From Bigelowiella natans CCMP2755 (taxonomy: Eukaryota > Protista > Cercozoa): a stretch of DNA of 64,000 bases. Below the pieces are notes generated by a model. The model made no database searches, was not told the origin of the DNA, and was given only the letters and a program-made list of their open reading frames with translations. Of the stretch, positions 45,011 through 57,266 are shown one piece after another; within the stretch, counting starts at the first letter, position 1; each line of letters starts with the position of its first letter. The position numbers and the translations under genes were made by a program. The stretch is from the NCBI GenBank assembly GCA_000320545.1, contig ADNK01002454.1, positions 27,653 through 91,652 of the forward strand. The letters run 5' to 3'.

Positions 45011-45082
45011 ATCACATTGTTGTTGTTGTTGTTGTTGTTGCATCAAATTGTTGTTGTTGTTGTTGTTGTTGTCGGTCAGTTA

Positions 45083-46800
45083 GTCATTTGACATCTTTGT
45101 CCATGAATTTCTGGACTTCAAGAATGCAGTTCATCGTCAACCAAGGTCTCCCCCAAGGTGCCACTGAATCACCAGTTCCACTTGCTTTGTTCATCAACGA
45201 CCCCATGGAACGACTGAGACAGCGTGGCTGTGGCGTCCAGTTTGCAAACACTCGCAGACCAGGACTTTTCTTCGCTGATGACATCGCTCAGATTGCTGCC
45301 ACTCCTCTTGACATTGAGCCACAGCTCTCGAAGTGACGATCGACTCAATGGTGCAGAAAATGGAGACTCAAGGCCAACGGAGATGAGTCTGGTGTCACGA
45401 TTGTCGGGTCTTCTGTTCTCAAACAGGATTGCTCACGACACGAGTTCAGATGCTGTGGTGAATTGATGCGCGCAGTGAACCAACATCGGTGCCTGGGAAT
45501 CACCTTCCAAAGCTCCTTGTCGTTCCACACGCACGTCGTGGACACTGTGAAAGCAGCGAAGCGAGCTCCGGCAGGCTCAAGTGTGGCTTCGCTAGGCATT
45601 CAGGCCTTCGACCCAGAACGCGGATTCATCTCTGGAACACTCTCGTTCGCCCCATCCTTGAGTGTGGCATGGGACTGATTTCTCCCACTTTGCCTCCAAG
45701 CCTCAAAAACCAGCTGCAGAGTGTCCAGACACAGTTCCTCAGAGAGACTCTTCGAGCCCATGCTAGCATGGCCAACCCCTGTGCTTCCCATGGTCTGAGT
45801 GTGGTCAGGAAGATCTGCAGGCCCGTTGGGACAAGTCTCTCGCGAGCCTCCTGAGTGGGACACGTCAGCAACCTGATGAATCCACGACAAAGGACCTGCT
45901 GCACCTTTCCCTGGATCAGGCTGACGCTCTGCGCTCAAGTTGGGGTCACAACACTGGGTCCATTCTTCACCGCATTGCTGGTTGCAGCCAACCTGCCCGT
46001 GGCTTTGACACGTCAGTCAACTTGGACCAGACCCATCCAAAACTGGTTGATCTTGACCTCCACCGAAGAGTCAGGGCCTCTCTGTCCTCCAATGGCAACT
46101 TGTGTCGCAGCTTTTGCTCGTTCGTCAAACCCGACACCCCAATCTGCAAACTCAGAGCCTGGGCGAAGAGCCACATTGGAAGGCCAGCTTCCAGATTGTT
46201 TGAGTGTCATCTCGATGCTTGGCATGACAATTCAGGAGTGTTGCTCAAACTCCAGCTCCGCGCTGGGACTTGCGAAACTGAAGAACGCAGGGCTGAAGTT
46301 TGCAATCTGCCCCCCTCTTCCTCAGTTTGTCCTCTTCACAATGCTGAGGTTGTTCAAACTGTCAACCACCTCATCCATCATTGCACTCACTTGAATGCAG
46401 AGAGAAACAAACTTCTCTCGCGCATGAGGTCAGCTCTGGGCCCAGGTTCTTCCTTCTGCTCTTCGTTCTTTGATGCTCCGGACTCTGCCAAAACCAAAGT
46501 TTTGCTTGGGGCCCCCTCGGATGATCCAAACGCAGATCGTCATGTGGACATGGCCTTCAGGAAGTTTTTGCTCAGAGTGGAGGTCTTGCGCCGTCAGTGT
46601 TTTGCCGCCAGTGTCATTGCAACACAATGACCAAATCATGCCAATTTGAAAAACCAGCCAGTTGACTTGCTGATCACAGTCCTCACTGAAGCCAGTTCGA
46701 GGCACTGCATTTCGAACACTGCAAGTGTCTTGCAACACTTTGGAAGTGTGGTTCATCATCATTGTTCATTGTTCATTGTTCATCGTTGCACGTTGTTCAA
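45083..46800 (+). mobile_element. 5'-truncated, frameshifted non-LTR retrotransposon (LINE-like ORF2 relic: RT C-terminal half plus Cys/His knuckle)
   Basis: GLPQGATESPV (RT QG motif), LFFADDI (Y/FxDD), QWCRKWRLKAN, HRCLGITF (degenerate YxYLG), TLVRPILECG (degenerate RPxLEY), CPLH..QTVNHLIHHC. An (ATTGTTC)n-like short repeat lies near 46760. The 3' boundary is uncertain. Confidence 0.9.
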
Positions 46801-47329
46801 GACTGACAAAAGACTGAGGTTGTTCGAGGTGCACGAATCACACCAAGTCAACGCTTTGTTCATTGCTCATTGTTCATCAGGTGTTTTGCTTTTCAGTTGT
46901 GCGATTTCACACGTGACGTGGTTCCGTTTCATCGCTCCTCAAAATTGTCACTGTTCTTTTCACTCCTGTGGGGGTTGCACGCAACCTTTGCGCCTACTTT
47001 GGCCAAAGTTGCTGCGACCAGCGCCGGCGCTTTCACTCCGTGCAGCCCAATTGCCAGTGTGGCTTTGTCGCTCCTCTGTGCAGGCTTCACAGGTTGCGTG
47101 CTCGTTGTTGTGTCGACGTTGGACGTCTTCGTGGCAAGTGGACTTCAGAACAACCAACCAAACTGACCAACTGAGTGCTCATCGTGGTTGTCACCTTCAG
47201 CGCAAAGTGCCTTGGTTTTGCGTCTTGCGGTTGGCGGTCAAAACGCCAACGTGAACCTGCACCTTTCCAACACTGTGTGTCTTTGGCAATTTGTCAATTC
47301 GGTGAATTGCAATGCAATCGTGGTGCCAG

Positions 47330-47602
47330 CCACAAAAACGTGCTTTGATGAATTGTTGATTTCAAAACACACATCGTGCAAACACAAGTTGCATTGTCAC
47401 AGTCATTGTGAGTCACAGAGGCCACGTTGTCGCACGCAAGCAAAGTCCCCGACATCGTCAACAACGTGTTCAAATTGTCTCCACTGTGCAGCAACACGTC
47501 AACGACAACGTGACTCATGCTCACAATGTCAATGACAATGCAACTTGTGTTTGCACGATGTGTGTTTTGAAATCAACAATTCATCAAAGCACGTTTTTGT
47601 GG
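47330..47602. repeat. Perfect 70-bp inverted repeat (47330-47399 / 47533-47602) with a 133-bp spacer
   Basis: ccacaaaaacg...gcattgtca is the exact reverse complement of tgacaatgc...cgtttttgtgg. The ORF track shows the same peptide DNATCVCTMCVLKSTIHQSTFLW on both strands. Confidence 0.92.
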
Positions 47603-48699
47603 GTGCATGCTGACAATTTTGAACAGACAGTGTTTGCAAGAATCACGTGTTGTCAACAGCCATGCACGTCACGTTGTTGACAATGCACGTTCAGAACACT
47701 CAGAACACACACTGCTGGCATGCAATGTGTTGTCGACAGTGCATGTTTTGAACTTGCAGTGCACTCACGAAAACGACAAAGTGTCAAATTGTCACAATGT
47801 TGTCACGTGTGCGCTGCGTTTCGGCGTTTCGGCAGCCACGCTGGCTGTCGGGTGTGAAACGAGCCCTCTTTTTTCCTTGGAGGCCCAGCTGGTTGAGGAA
47901 TTCACGGGTGAGTCAGTGTGGCGTGACCCTTTCGATCGCTCCTGTGGAACCCCTCCACTCGTTCGTTCCAGGTCTGAGTGCACTCCGTGCGCACAACACA
48001 GCTCTTGTGTGTGTTCAAAACCCACTCGTCATCGGGATTGACACAGTTGTGGCACACCAGCACACGCACACACCAGCACGCACGCACGCACGCACGCACA
48101 CACGCACACACCAGCACGCACGCACGCACACACACACACACACACACACACGCACGCACGCACCCGCCAGACACGTGCGCAGCAGACACTACGTGCACGT
48201 CCACAAGTGAATGAACGAACGTGAAGGCGACTAGCCTAGCTAGGCGAGCAAACAAGTGACACACATCAGCACTTTCGCTGTTGCTAGGTTGCGCCATGAT
48301 TCATGTGTGGTGCATCTGTGGTGCGCATGTTGATGCCAGCATGTGCAAGTGTGCACGTGTCTCTTACCGTTTTGCAGCGACACACATCAATCAGTGCGTG
48401 GTAGCGTGATGCATCGCAGCGCAGCTGCATCTCCGCCAACATGCAAAATCATCACTTGTCAACTAGCTTCTCTAGTTCTGTGAACAGGAAAGCATGATGC
48501 AGATTGTGATGTGCATTCATTTTGTGTGATTTGTCACAACGCCTGTGTCATCATGTCACGTCATGACATCGCATCAAATTGCAATGGAATTTCTGTTGTG
48601 AACTGTACATTTAATCACATGTTCCTGCTGCAATGTACTATGAACACGACACCCGCACAGCACACCCGTACAGCAAAGCATGTTGACACGCATTTTGAA

Positions 48700-49926
48700 G
48701 GCTAATTTCCTATGGGATGTTGTATTTATGGTTGTCTCCATAGCTCTTCTCTGGCTTGGGGGCAAGGAAAAAATCCAACACGACATAAAACCACAGAGCC
48801 AACAGTACTCCCCGAGTGTGTTTCAATTCCATTTGCTGTGGGAAAGGAATATTGTTAGAAAAGGTTAAGTTCAAATTGTCCTCCTATGAGCTACATTACC
48901 TCACAAGTATCGGGAGTTCTCCAAGCGAGCACTGTTGACCCGATTTGCCCCCCCAAGTTACCAAATATCGCAGTTTTTAAGAAGCAACTAAATATAGTTG
49001 AATAATTTTATCAATATTTTGTAAATGCGCAATCGAAATCATCAAAAGACATGAATTTTTACCTGACATAGAAATGATCACTTTGTCTCTCGATAGTTGC
49101 AGATACGATAATGAATAATGTCGAGAAAATACCCTGATTATTTTTCGAAGAGATCCCATATTAAAGAATGATAATTGTTTCCACTATTTTGATGAATTAC
49201 TCTTACCGCGAGTATCAGAAAAATTCCGTACACTAGGAGCATTTCTCGAATAGCGGCTCCGCAGTTTTCCTTTTCCAACTGAGATTAAAGCTCTCATTCA
49301 CCAACACATCGACATATGATCCCATTGGGGAGTGAATTACTTTAAAGTAATTTATATAGCTTACCCGGTATCCGTTGTATATCAAATAAGTCCCGAGAAC
49401 ACTATGTGCGACCATCTTCAGGATAAGCCCCAAGGTTCGAAGTACCGGTGTATCTGTCATTAATCCAAAAGTTGATACATATATTACAGTTGTTGCCATT
49501 AATCAAGTCACCTTTAACTGCTGATTTGCTGCCCCCTAGAAGGTCTGTCGCTCTCTTTTCGTCTTTCAGGAACATGTCTTGTTGCTCATCGTATTCTTGA
49601 CAAAATGACAATTCATTACCGACGGTGAAGGATTATAACTGTAGTGTAATTACCAGGACGATGCGAAGATGGTTGTTTGCGATGTAAAAACATGAGCTTT
49701 GGACGTATGAATCTTTGAATAAAGATCATATCGTCAGGAGCAAGAGAGCGAGAGTGCAGGGGCGTGATCCCGAGTGGATGGACGTTTCTATTGGTATTTG
49801 ACAACGACAAGAGGATCTGGTTGTCGTCATCAATAAACGGCAATGTTGTGAAATATACGACATCAAAACGATCATTCTTACGTTGATGAGAAGAAAGTAG
49901 ATTCGTCTACACACACCACAACTCAC
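48700..49926 (-). CDS. Probable multi-exon membrane protein of unknown function
   Basis: Minus-strand open segments with hydrophobic stretches (MSCGVCRRIYFLLIN; VLRTLGLILKMVAHSVLGTYLIY). TA content is normal, and it diverges from the oxygenase gene. Confidence 0.4.
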
Positions 49927-50089
49927 ATAGAAACCAACGAAGAAACAGTACGTACTAGAGGAGAAACACCACTCCTCTCTGCGTGTGCTGAGAGAAAACC
50001 TAACTTATCGAAACCACCATCCCCTACTAAGATTCGTTGCTGCTGATCTTTGATCTCTGGAGAAACTACTTGAAGCCTTCCGGGGACCG

Positions 50090-51868
50090 ATGATCACCGC
50101 GATCCGCGCTATCGCCTTAATTGTACCACTCCTACTTACCAACACATCTCTCCAAGCAAGAAGCATTGGATGGCGAGAATTTTTGCTGGAAGAAGAAGCC
50201 TGTGTTGAGGATTCACAGGTTACTTCAAAAGAAAATATTATCAAACGAAAAATGACATGAAACGATGCACGCAATTTTAGGGCAGGCTTGCAGAATGTGA
50301 TTTTGAAGGATACACTAACCAAGAGTTGCAGAAGCTTCTCAAAGAGGTGGTGGAAACACGGAAGCCTACACCCGATTGCCGTCCTTCTTCAACATTGCTC
50401 GGAAACAGCAAGAAGAGCCGCACTACTAGCAACGATGAATTTATCGATGAGGAGGAGGAGGAGGAAGTAGTCCAACTCTCTGCTGGTTCTCCACCAAAAA
50501 GCAGCACTTCTGTAACGTCTTCGAGATCATCGTCACCAGATTCTGAATGTGCGAAAGTCGTAGATGGAATGGATGTCATAGTTCCGAATACAGGTAATGA
50601 TAATAACTCTGTTATCTTAAATACTCTCAAACTTCCTCGAAGACGGAGAGCAACATTTTGATGATCTCTTTTTCATCGCGTCACCGTTCCAAAAAATGTT
50701 GCTAATTCACAGCACGATCTCAGCGCAAAAAGTTCCCTAGTTTACTGGTGTTTGTCACTGATTTAGTGTGTTACCCATTCAAATGGTAGGATTTCGGCTG
50801 GTATTTTCTACACCATTATTTGTTGGTACAATTCCAAGGATGGATACTTTAAACCTGAAACTCACACAGCTGCTGCATAGAATGGAAGCAACAACCAAGT
50901 AATCAATAGCTTGCACAGACCTCTTAAGACGACATGAGAATATAATGAGTGGTTTTGTCGTCTCGATCAGAATATGCAAAATAGCGATAATATAATTACC
51001 ATTGCTTGGCACTTAGGACAAACAAAAGGAAATCCGCCAAAGGAGATGGATTTCGAACTGACGACACGTTTCTACAACTCCAAAACCCTGTCGTGAAAGA
51101 GCTTACGCAGCACCTATATCGTTTTGCAAATCATGTGTGGCAGTTTGGGCGGAATCAACCTTTTGAGAAGGCGCGACTGGAACTTCGAGGTTGGGCAAAC
51201 ATAATGAGGTAGGAGGTGTAAGTGATGATGATAATGCATTGACCCAGCGTGGTGTGTCCTCTATTTTCCATCCGCATTCAAATCCTGTCAAATACATTTT
51301 TACTTCTTGAAACTACTTCTGATCAATTAATTAGAAAAGGAGCGCATCACACTGTCCACGTTCATCCAGGGGCAGTGTGGTCTGGAGTGTACTATGTAAA
51401 GGTTCCGAAAGGAACAGGCTCTCAAAATAGCGGATTTGTTGACGATAGTCAGGTGATGTCTTTGGCACGTATATTTACTGTTACTAATGAGGGAAAAGAG
51501 GAATTTCGGAGATGCTGAGTGGTCACAGAATAACACAATTCCAAGTGTAACATATAACTCAAATGCCAGGGTTGTCTAGTCATCATGGATCCGAGACATG
51601 CTATCCAAATGACAACAGTCAACAATGACGACACGCAATTCGTTGATAAGGTGAAAATGAATATAGATACTAACCGAATGTATCCAGTGTTCTAATCAGA
51701 GACACAATGCAATAAAAATACACATAACATTTTCAGATGGAAATATGTCCTTCTTCAAGTATGGTCACGATGTTTCCGGCTTGGCTCTCACATTTCGTTC
51801 CATATCTGGAGATGGAAGAGGAACGAATTGCTGTGAGTTTCAACGTGCATGCGATTCCACTCAGTTGA
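50090..51868 (+). CDS. Putative 2OG-Fe(II) oxygenase (TIGR02466 / 2OG-FeII_Oxy_5-like) with an N-terminal signal peptide
   Basis: Signal-like MITAIRAIALIVPLLLTNTSLQA; LVFSTPLF, GWANIMR|KGAHHTVHVHPGAVWSGVYYVKVP, GCLVIMDPR, MFPAWLSHFV, ERIAVSFN; stop TGA at 51868. Confidence 0.9.
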
Positions 51869-51899
51869 TTTCTCCATTCGTCATACAATGACGTTATCT

Positions 51900-53250
51900 A
51901 CTTCTAGATCCAATCTGTACTTGTGGCTAGCGATGCAAACAGATGATGAATGTGCAAATGAAGCCATTCGCACTTTATGCCGATTCGACATGCACTAAGC
52001 ACACATGTCTAGATGTGTTCATGCATCAACATTCGTGTCGCGCTGCGACAACCCCTAGACACGCTTGTCGCTCAGAACTGCTACATAAACTTCGCAATAA
52101 TGCTAGAATGTGCGCGCATCATTGCGATGCCACGCTAGGTACGTGTCTGCACGCTGACACCTAGACACAAGTGTTTGCGCGTAGCACACGCTAGCACGAC
52201 TAGATGGCTAGTTGGACAAGCAATGCGGGTGCACAACATGCAATGGCACTTGTTGCACGCGATGCGTCACGCGTGCGTCCGTTGTCGATCCATCCGCATC
52301 GTCCTGTCTCACTCATCAAGCCGCACACTCTGGCAAGTGGCATTCGCCCTTTCCTGGTTTCGTCTGTTCAGCAGGAACTAGAACAGTTGAAACCGTTGAG
52401 CTGAGACTTCTCACCCGCGCCGCGTTTGTGCCCGCTAGCTGCGCTAGCGCGCTGGCCAGTGCCAGCAAGAACGTGCAAACGGGAACAAGCTGCGCTTGCT
52501 ACCTTGCTTCGAGTGAGCTTCACGTCGCATGCACGCACCACAAAAAAGAAAGGGAAAACACGTTTGGACTTTCAGACACAGCTAGACAGATGGCCAAGCC
52601 TTTTTGGTCTCCAGCACTTCGTGACACGTGTGACATGCACTGCTGGGCTCCAGACAATCCAGGCTAGCTAGCTAGCAGGCTAGCAGGCTAGCAGCGTGCA
52701 GGGCTCTGTGTGGTGAACGACATCTCGCTGGTGGTGCAGCTGAAAGGACTTCCCAAGAAACAAGAAACAGAAGTAATGTTTTTGATCGACCATGTTTCTA
52801 AAGTGTTGCACGACTGCGCGACACTCACAAGTCAGCACGAAACAAGCGCTCGAAGCGCAGTGCCCCAAGAACGAACAAGCACGTGACGAAGAACATGCGA
52901 ACGAACGGCTCTTTTCCAGCAGTGGTGCACCTGAGAGGATCATCAGAAGCACCAAGAAAGAAAGAAAAAATGCTTGCACACGATGGGACTGAAAAGTGTG
53001 AAAAGGACACGCGCACATCTAGACATGCTAGCATGATGCATGCGAACAGTCCACTTCCTTCACAACACTCGAACAAGATGCTCATGCGAGCGCCCGGGTG
53101 CTCGAACAATGAAAACGCTGTCGTTGTTGGATGTCTCTTGCGATTTCTGAGTGAAGACATGCAACTACTGCCATTTGTGATTCATTGATTTCCCACATGG
53201 GATTTCCTCTCTCTTGTGCTGCAATAGCAGCATGACAGCATAAGGTGCAT
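51900..53250. other. TpA-depleted, CTAG-rich intergenic island 5
   Basis: Starts just after the oxygenase stop. In 52150-53220 nearly all TA are CTAG, with a few CTAC/CTAA and one GTAA. A (CTAG)n run lies at 52664-52691. Confidence 0.9.
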
Positions 53251-53338
53251 CCACTCATCCTAACTCAATGAGACTCCCCAATAATCTGTCAACATTTCCC
53301 CTTTCTATGAAGTCGTTAACCACAAATTTTGTGTAGTT

Positions 53339-54611
53339 TCACAGTATCCGTGCAATGCCGCTGTTCCGTAAAACTGAATTTATTATCCGGTCGAAACCCC
53401 AAGCTGGAAATGATGAAGACAAGACCGCGATAGGCCTGTGATCACAGAGTACGTCATGTGTTTAGTTAGAGCCTAAGCAAAAACACCCAGCATTTCCTTG
53501 GATTTAGATACCTTTCCGACCGGATTAGGTCTGAAAATTGGTGGCTAAGTTTGTAATAAGCGATACTGCCATCCGCCCCCTATTTCCTTTTTACAACTTG
53601 CTCTAGTAATCTCCAGTTCAGGGGAAGGAAAAGGATATGTCGGGGGGGTTTAATTCGGTGACGGAGGCGAAGAAGCTGTTGGTGCCGAACACCTTCTTCA
53701 ACGGCTCCATAGGCCATCCCAATTTTGGTACTTCTGACAGGGGGTCGTGTGCTTGGAAGAGATGATGCCCGAGAGTTAATATCACACAGATATGAGTGAG
53801 CGTGGGTGACAAATCGGTCCCTCATGTTTGATATCTGTCCCTCCTTCAACTGTAGGTGACGATTCGATATCTGTCAACTGTGAGATTGAAAAGGGTGAGT
53901 ATCCCAACTTTGAAGGTGCTCTCGAATTATTTATTACCGTATTAGTGTACAATTTTTGGCACACGGGAGTGAAGCATAAAATTATGTGCAAGAGTATGTC
54001 GCTTTCATCTGTATGAAATAGGGATATTTTGATGCATCGTTTCTATTATGTTGAGATCATCTCTAGTACTTTGGATCATCATCGTCGTCATCATCATCAT
54101 CATCATCTTGTACTCGAACAAGTGGCGCAGTAGGGACAACAAGATCACCTGCTGCTACGAATTCTCATTCAAATCGAATAACCCACCACCACTATAGGGA
54201 CATGGTCTGCTCTGAATCAAAGCGCATTAATGAGAATAGAATTGGATGATGGAGGAGGTATAAAATAATACCTGTGTACATGGTTTTGTACAAACAATCA
54301 TGTATTCTGTGCTATATCAATCACATGATTTATAATGATATGTCAATAAATTAATGAAGGTATTATTGTGTACAAACCCTTGTTGTGATGTGCGTGCTTG
54401 AAATAAATAAATACCTTTTGCTACGGTTAATGTAGAAATTACGATAAAGTTATATGGCCCTGATGAGGACGAAGAACCTACGACAGCCAAAGGGTTAGAT
54501 TTTTTCAAAATTTAGTGGAATACTTCTTGCCAGATCCTATCATAAGTAGGTTGATCATTCACTTCATTATTCCCAATGTGCAGGAGTACGTAAACCTGCT
54601 GCTGTCACTTG

Positions 54612-54660
<49 letters not shown>

Positions 54661-54880
54661 GTACTAATACATATAATCGATTTTGCAGGCGTTATTCTGA
54701 AGCTGGTCTTATGTCAGGAGAAGTATTTAGCGAGGTAGCATAATATTCTATGAAGGAAAAATAAAAAGATAACGGTGAGAGAGAATAATTAAATAGCGGT
54801 GAGATGGTGGACACCTAAGTTTTCCTCACTATACACCTTTAAGTATACATGTACATATGTTTATATATGCATATTATAAT

Positions 54881-54916
<36 letters not shown>

Positions 54917-54923
54917 TATATAT

Positions 54924-54959
<36 letters not shown>

Positions 54960-54992
54960 TTTTCTCTCTCTCTCCCTCTCTCTCTCCCTCTC

Positions 54993-55032
<40 letters not shown>

Positions 55033-55500
55033 TGTGTGTGTGTGTGTGTGTGTGAATGCCGCAGGGGGAAGGAGGAGGTGAATTTGAGTTTTCAATGGGA
55101 AAAGGGGATGTGCAAGGTAGCATAAATCTGAAGAATTCGGTTTCAGTGCTACTACCCATTATTACGAGATATTATGAAAGAATGAATGAATGAATGGGTT
55201 ATGGTATTTCATATTTACCCCCCTTCACACATTTGGCTGCCGTTTTCCTTTAATGATGAAGAACTCACGCTAACGTAGAACTACAGTTATTGATTGCAAT
55301 TACTGTGAGTTTGTTTATTTGATTAGAGAAACACACTTAAAATGTTTCAAAAGTACTATATTCTTACATTCCAAATCCTGATGACTGTCGCATTGCCCGT
55401 GATATGATATCATCACCAAAAAGTAGGTAGTAGTGATGATGATTCCAACGATAGCGCTGAGGATGACGATTACACGGCCGGCGAAGAACGTACTGTACAA
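53339..55500 (-). CDS. Probable multi-exon gene of unknown function, possibly membrane-anchored; 5' end may extend to about 56.4 kb
   Basis: Phase-compatible last exons GADGSIAYYKLSHQFSDLIRSER|PIAVLSSSFPAWGFDRIINSVLRNSGIARIL-TGA, and a hydrophobic exon RVIVILSAIVGIIITTTYFLVMIS at 55.4-55.5 kb. Confidence 0.35.
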
Positions 55501-56188
55501 ATTATAATTGACACATGCACATGCACATGCACATATACATACATATGTATCATATAGAATATGAGCGACTTCTCAAAATTGAAAACAATATTTTGTTTTC
55601 TTCTATTTCGGATGCACCTTGGTGGTTTTTATCATTTTCCATGCATCATTATGAGCTATTCATAAGAATATTATGCATAAGCATAGCTGTTGATGACTAA
55701 ACTTATTAATCCTCGTTGTTGATCGATCATCTATCACCATGTATTTAGAATTGCAGCACAACAAACCACTACTATCACAATACTACTACTACTACTACTA
55801 CTACTACTACATGCAGTGTAGTTGCGATCACAGCTTATTATGATGAATCAAGTTAATTAGAACACTTGATATAATAGGAATCAACAATGAAGATAGACTG
55901 CACGACGTAACTATCCAGCAAGTGGGACAACACATAGTTGTAGAAGAACAACAAGAAGAAGAGAAAACTACTGCTGCTGCTAACGCTGCTGATTGTGATG
56001 ATGCCTCTTCCTGTGTAAGTAAAGAGACCAAGGATGAGAAAGGTAGTAGGTTGGAAGGTAGGTAGTGTGGGGGGGGTGTATTAGATATGTAGGTTCGTAG
56101 TAGCAGCAGCAGTAGTGCTAGCGGTAGTAGTAAAAGTAGAGGCAGTCGGAGAAAGCGGGTATATGATGTGTGTTTGTGTGCGGGTAAG

Positions 56189-56234
<46 letters not shown>

Positions 56235-56470
56235 AGAGAATGAGAGATTCATGTTTTCGGGAGAACTAAGAAACTAAGTCAATTATTTGGTTCAATGTAT
56301 TACAATCACATTTCATTTCTACGTGCGTGCGTGCAGATCAATCATCGTCGGGTGCTTTATATCATTCTTATTTACGATCAACTCTCTCCTGTAGAGAGGA
56401 TAGTAATTGCTGGTGGTGATACTTATTGTTCATAAAAGTGCGTCTTATGTTCATCGTCTTCCTCTCAGTT

Positions 56471-56533
56471 ATGGATGAAGATATTCCGCTCCTAAGTCCT
56501 GTGATGCTATTCAACTACTTGTCAGTATATAAT

Positions 56534-56565
<32 letters not shown>

Positions 56566-56582
56566 CATATGTATTCACATAC

Positions 56583-56618
<36 letters not shown>

Positions 56619-57065
56619 AAGTTACTTCCTGTGTCCTTTTAATTCTAATCAATTCAGATCCTGCAAGCATATGCGACTCCTTTTGCTTGACGCTAGAAGT
56701 GCGAAAAATCATATTGATAAAAACACATTTGATTGAAGATGAAGAATATGCTAACTACTAACTACTAATACTACTATAAGGTATGGAGAGTCGTATCAAG
56801 GGTTGCATTCCCCGCTCTGTACTGCTACACATTGCAGTACCAGCAGTCATTGGTGGTGGGGGTGGTGGTTCTGTTGAAGAACAGAATGATAATGATAACA
56901 GCAATAATGGTAAAAAACCTGAGCACCAGAATCTGCCTCAAAATCTTAGTGTTTCTACGGTAATACAAATGAATTAATCATCACCTCGATTCTGAAGTGT
57001 TGGTTGTATAGTAGCTACATTCTACTTTCTGTATTACATATCACCTAAATGCCACATGTGTAGTG

Positions 57066-57104
<39 letters not shown>

Positions 57105-57155
57105 TAGGTACTCATATATATGTATACATATACATACCAACAAAAATAATAGCTC

Positions 57156-57187
<32 letters not shown>

Positions 57188-57235
57188 TACATACATGCAT
57201 GCATGATGGCTATAAAGGGTGGATGGGAGGCGCAG

Positions 57236-57266
<31 letters not shown>

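Larger units (their letters stand above)
45083..48600. other. TpA-free island 4 (LINE relic plus adjacent repeat DNA)
   Basis: Only 3 TA dinucleotides were found by eye in 45083-48188 (two CTAG, one CTAC). A CTAG cluster marks the right edge, 48230-48480. Confidence 0.95.

Noticed and set aside
44972-45071. (TTG)n tract as a converted (TTA)n or as part of the LINE
   Set aside because: (TTG)n tracts also occur in unaffected introns (e.g. 15300, 36716), so it is not diagnostic. No target-site duplication was identified.
46646-48300. Dense overlapping Cys/His-rich ORFs on both strands (also 9.2-9.9 kb and 51.9-53.2 kb)
   Set aside because: These are artefacts of TA loss. Without TAA/TAG stops and Tyr codons, and with excess TGY/CAY, long C/H-rich frames arise by chance. 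No domain is recognisable.
45083-48600. Classical RIP or 5mC deamination as the cause of the island composition
   Set aside because: RIP raises TpA and 5mC decay lowers CpG. Here TpA is lost, CpA/TpG are gained and CpG is retained.
45083-48600. Horizontal transfer or contamination explaining the compositional shift
   Set aside because: The same signature recurs in six places with graded edges and alters conserved residues of a retroelement, which fits in-situ mutation better.
50090-51868. 2OG-Fe(II) oxygenase as the enzyme causing the TpA mutation
   Set aside because: It has a signal peptide and TIGR02466-type motifs, not TET/JBP or AlkB features. Adjacency to an island is shared by most genes here.
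52715-52830. LKGLPKK segment as a Copia-type Gag
   Set aside because: A single weak motif, with no zinc knuckle, protease or LTR seen.
53520-53580. GADGSIAYYKL resembling the Sen15 tRNA-splicing subunit motif
   Set aside because: The match is too short, and upstream exons do not support the assignment.
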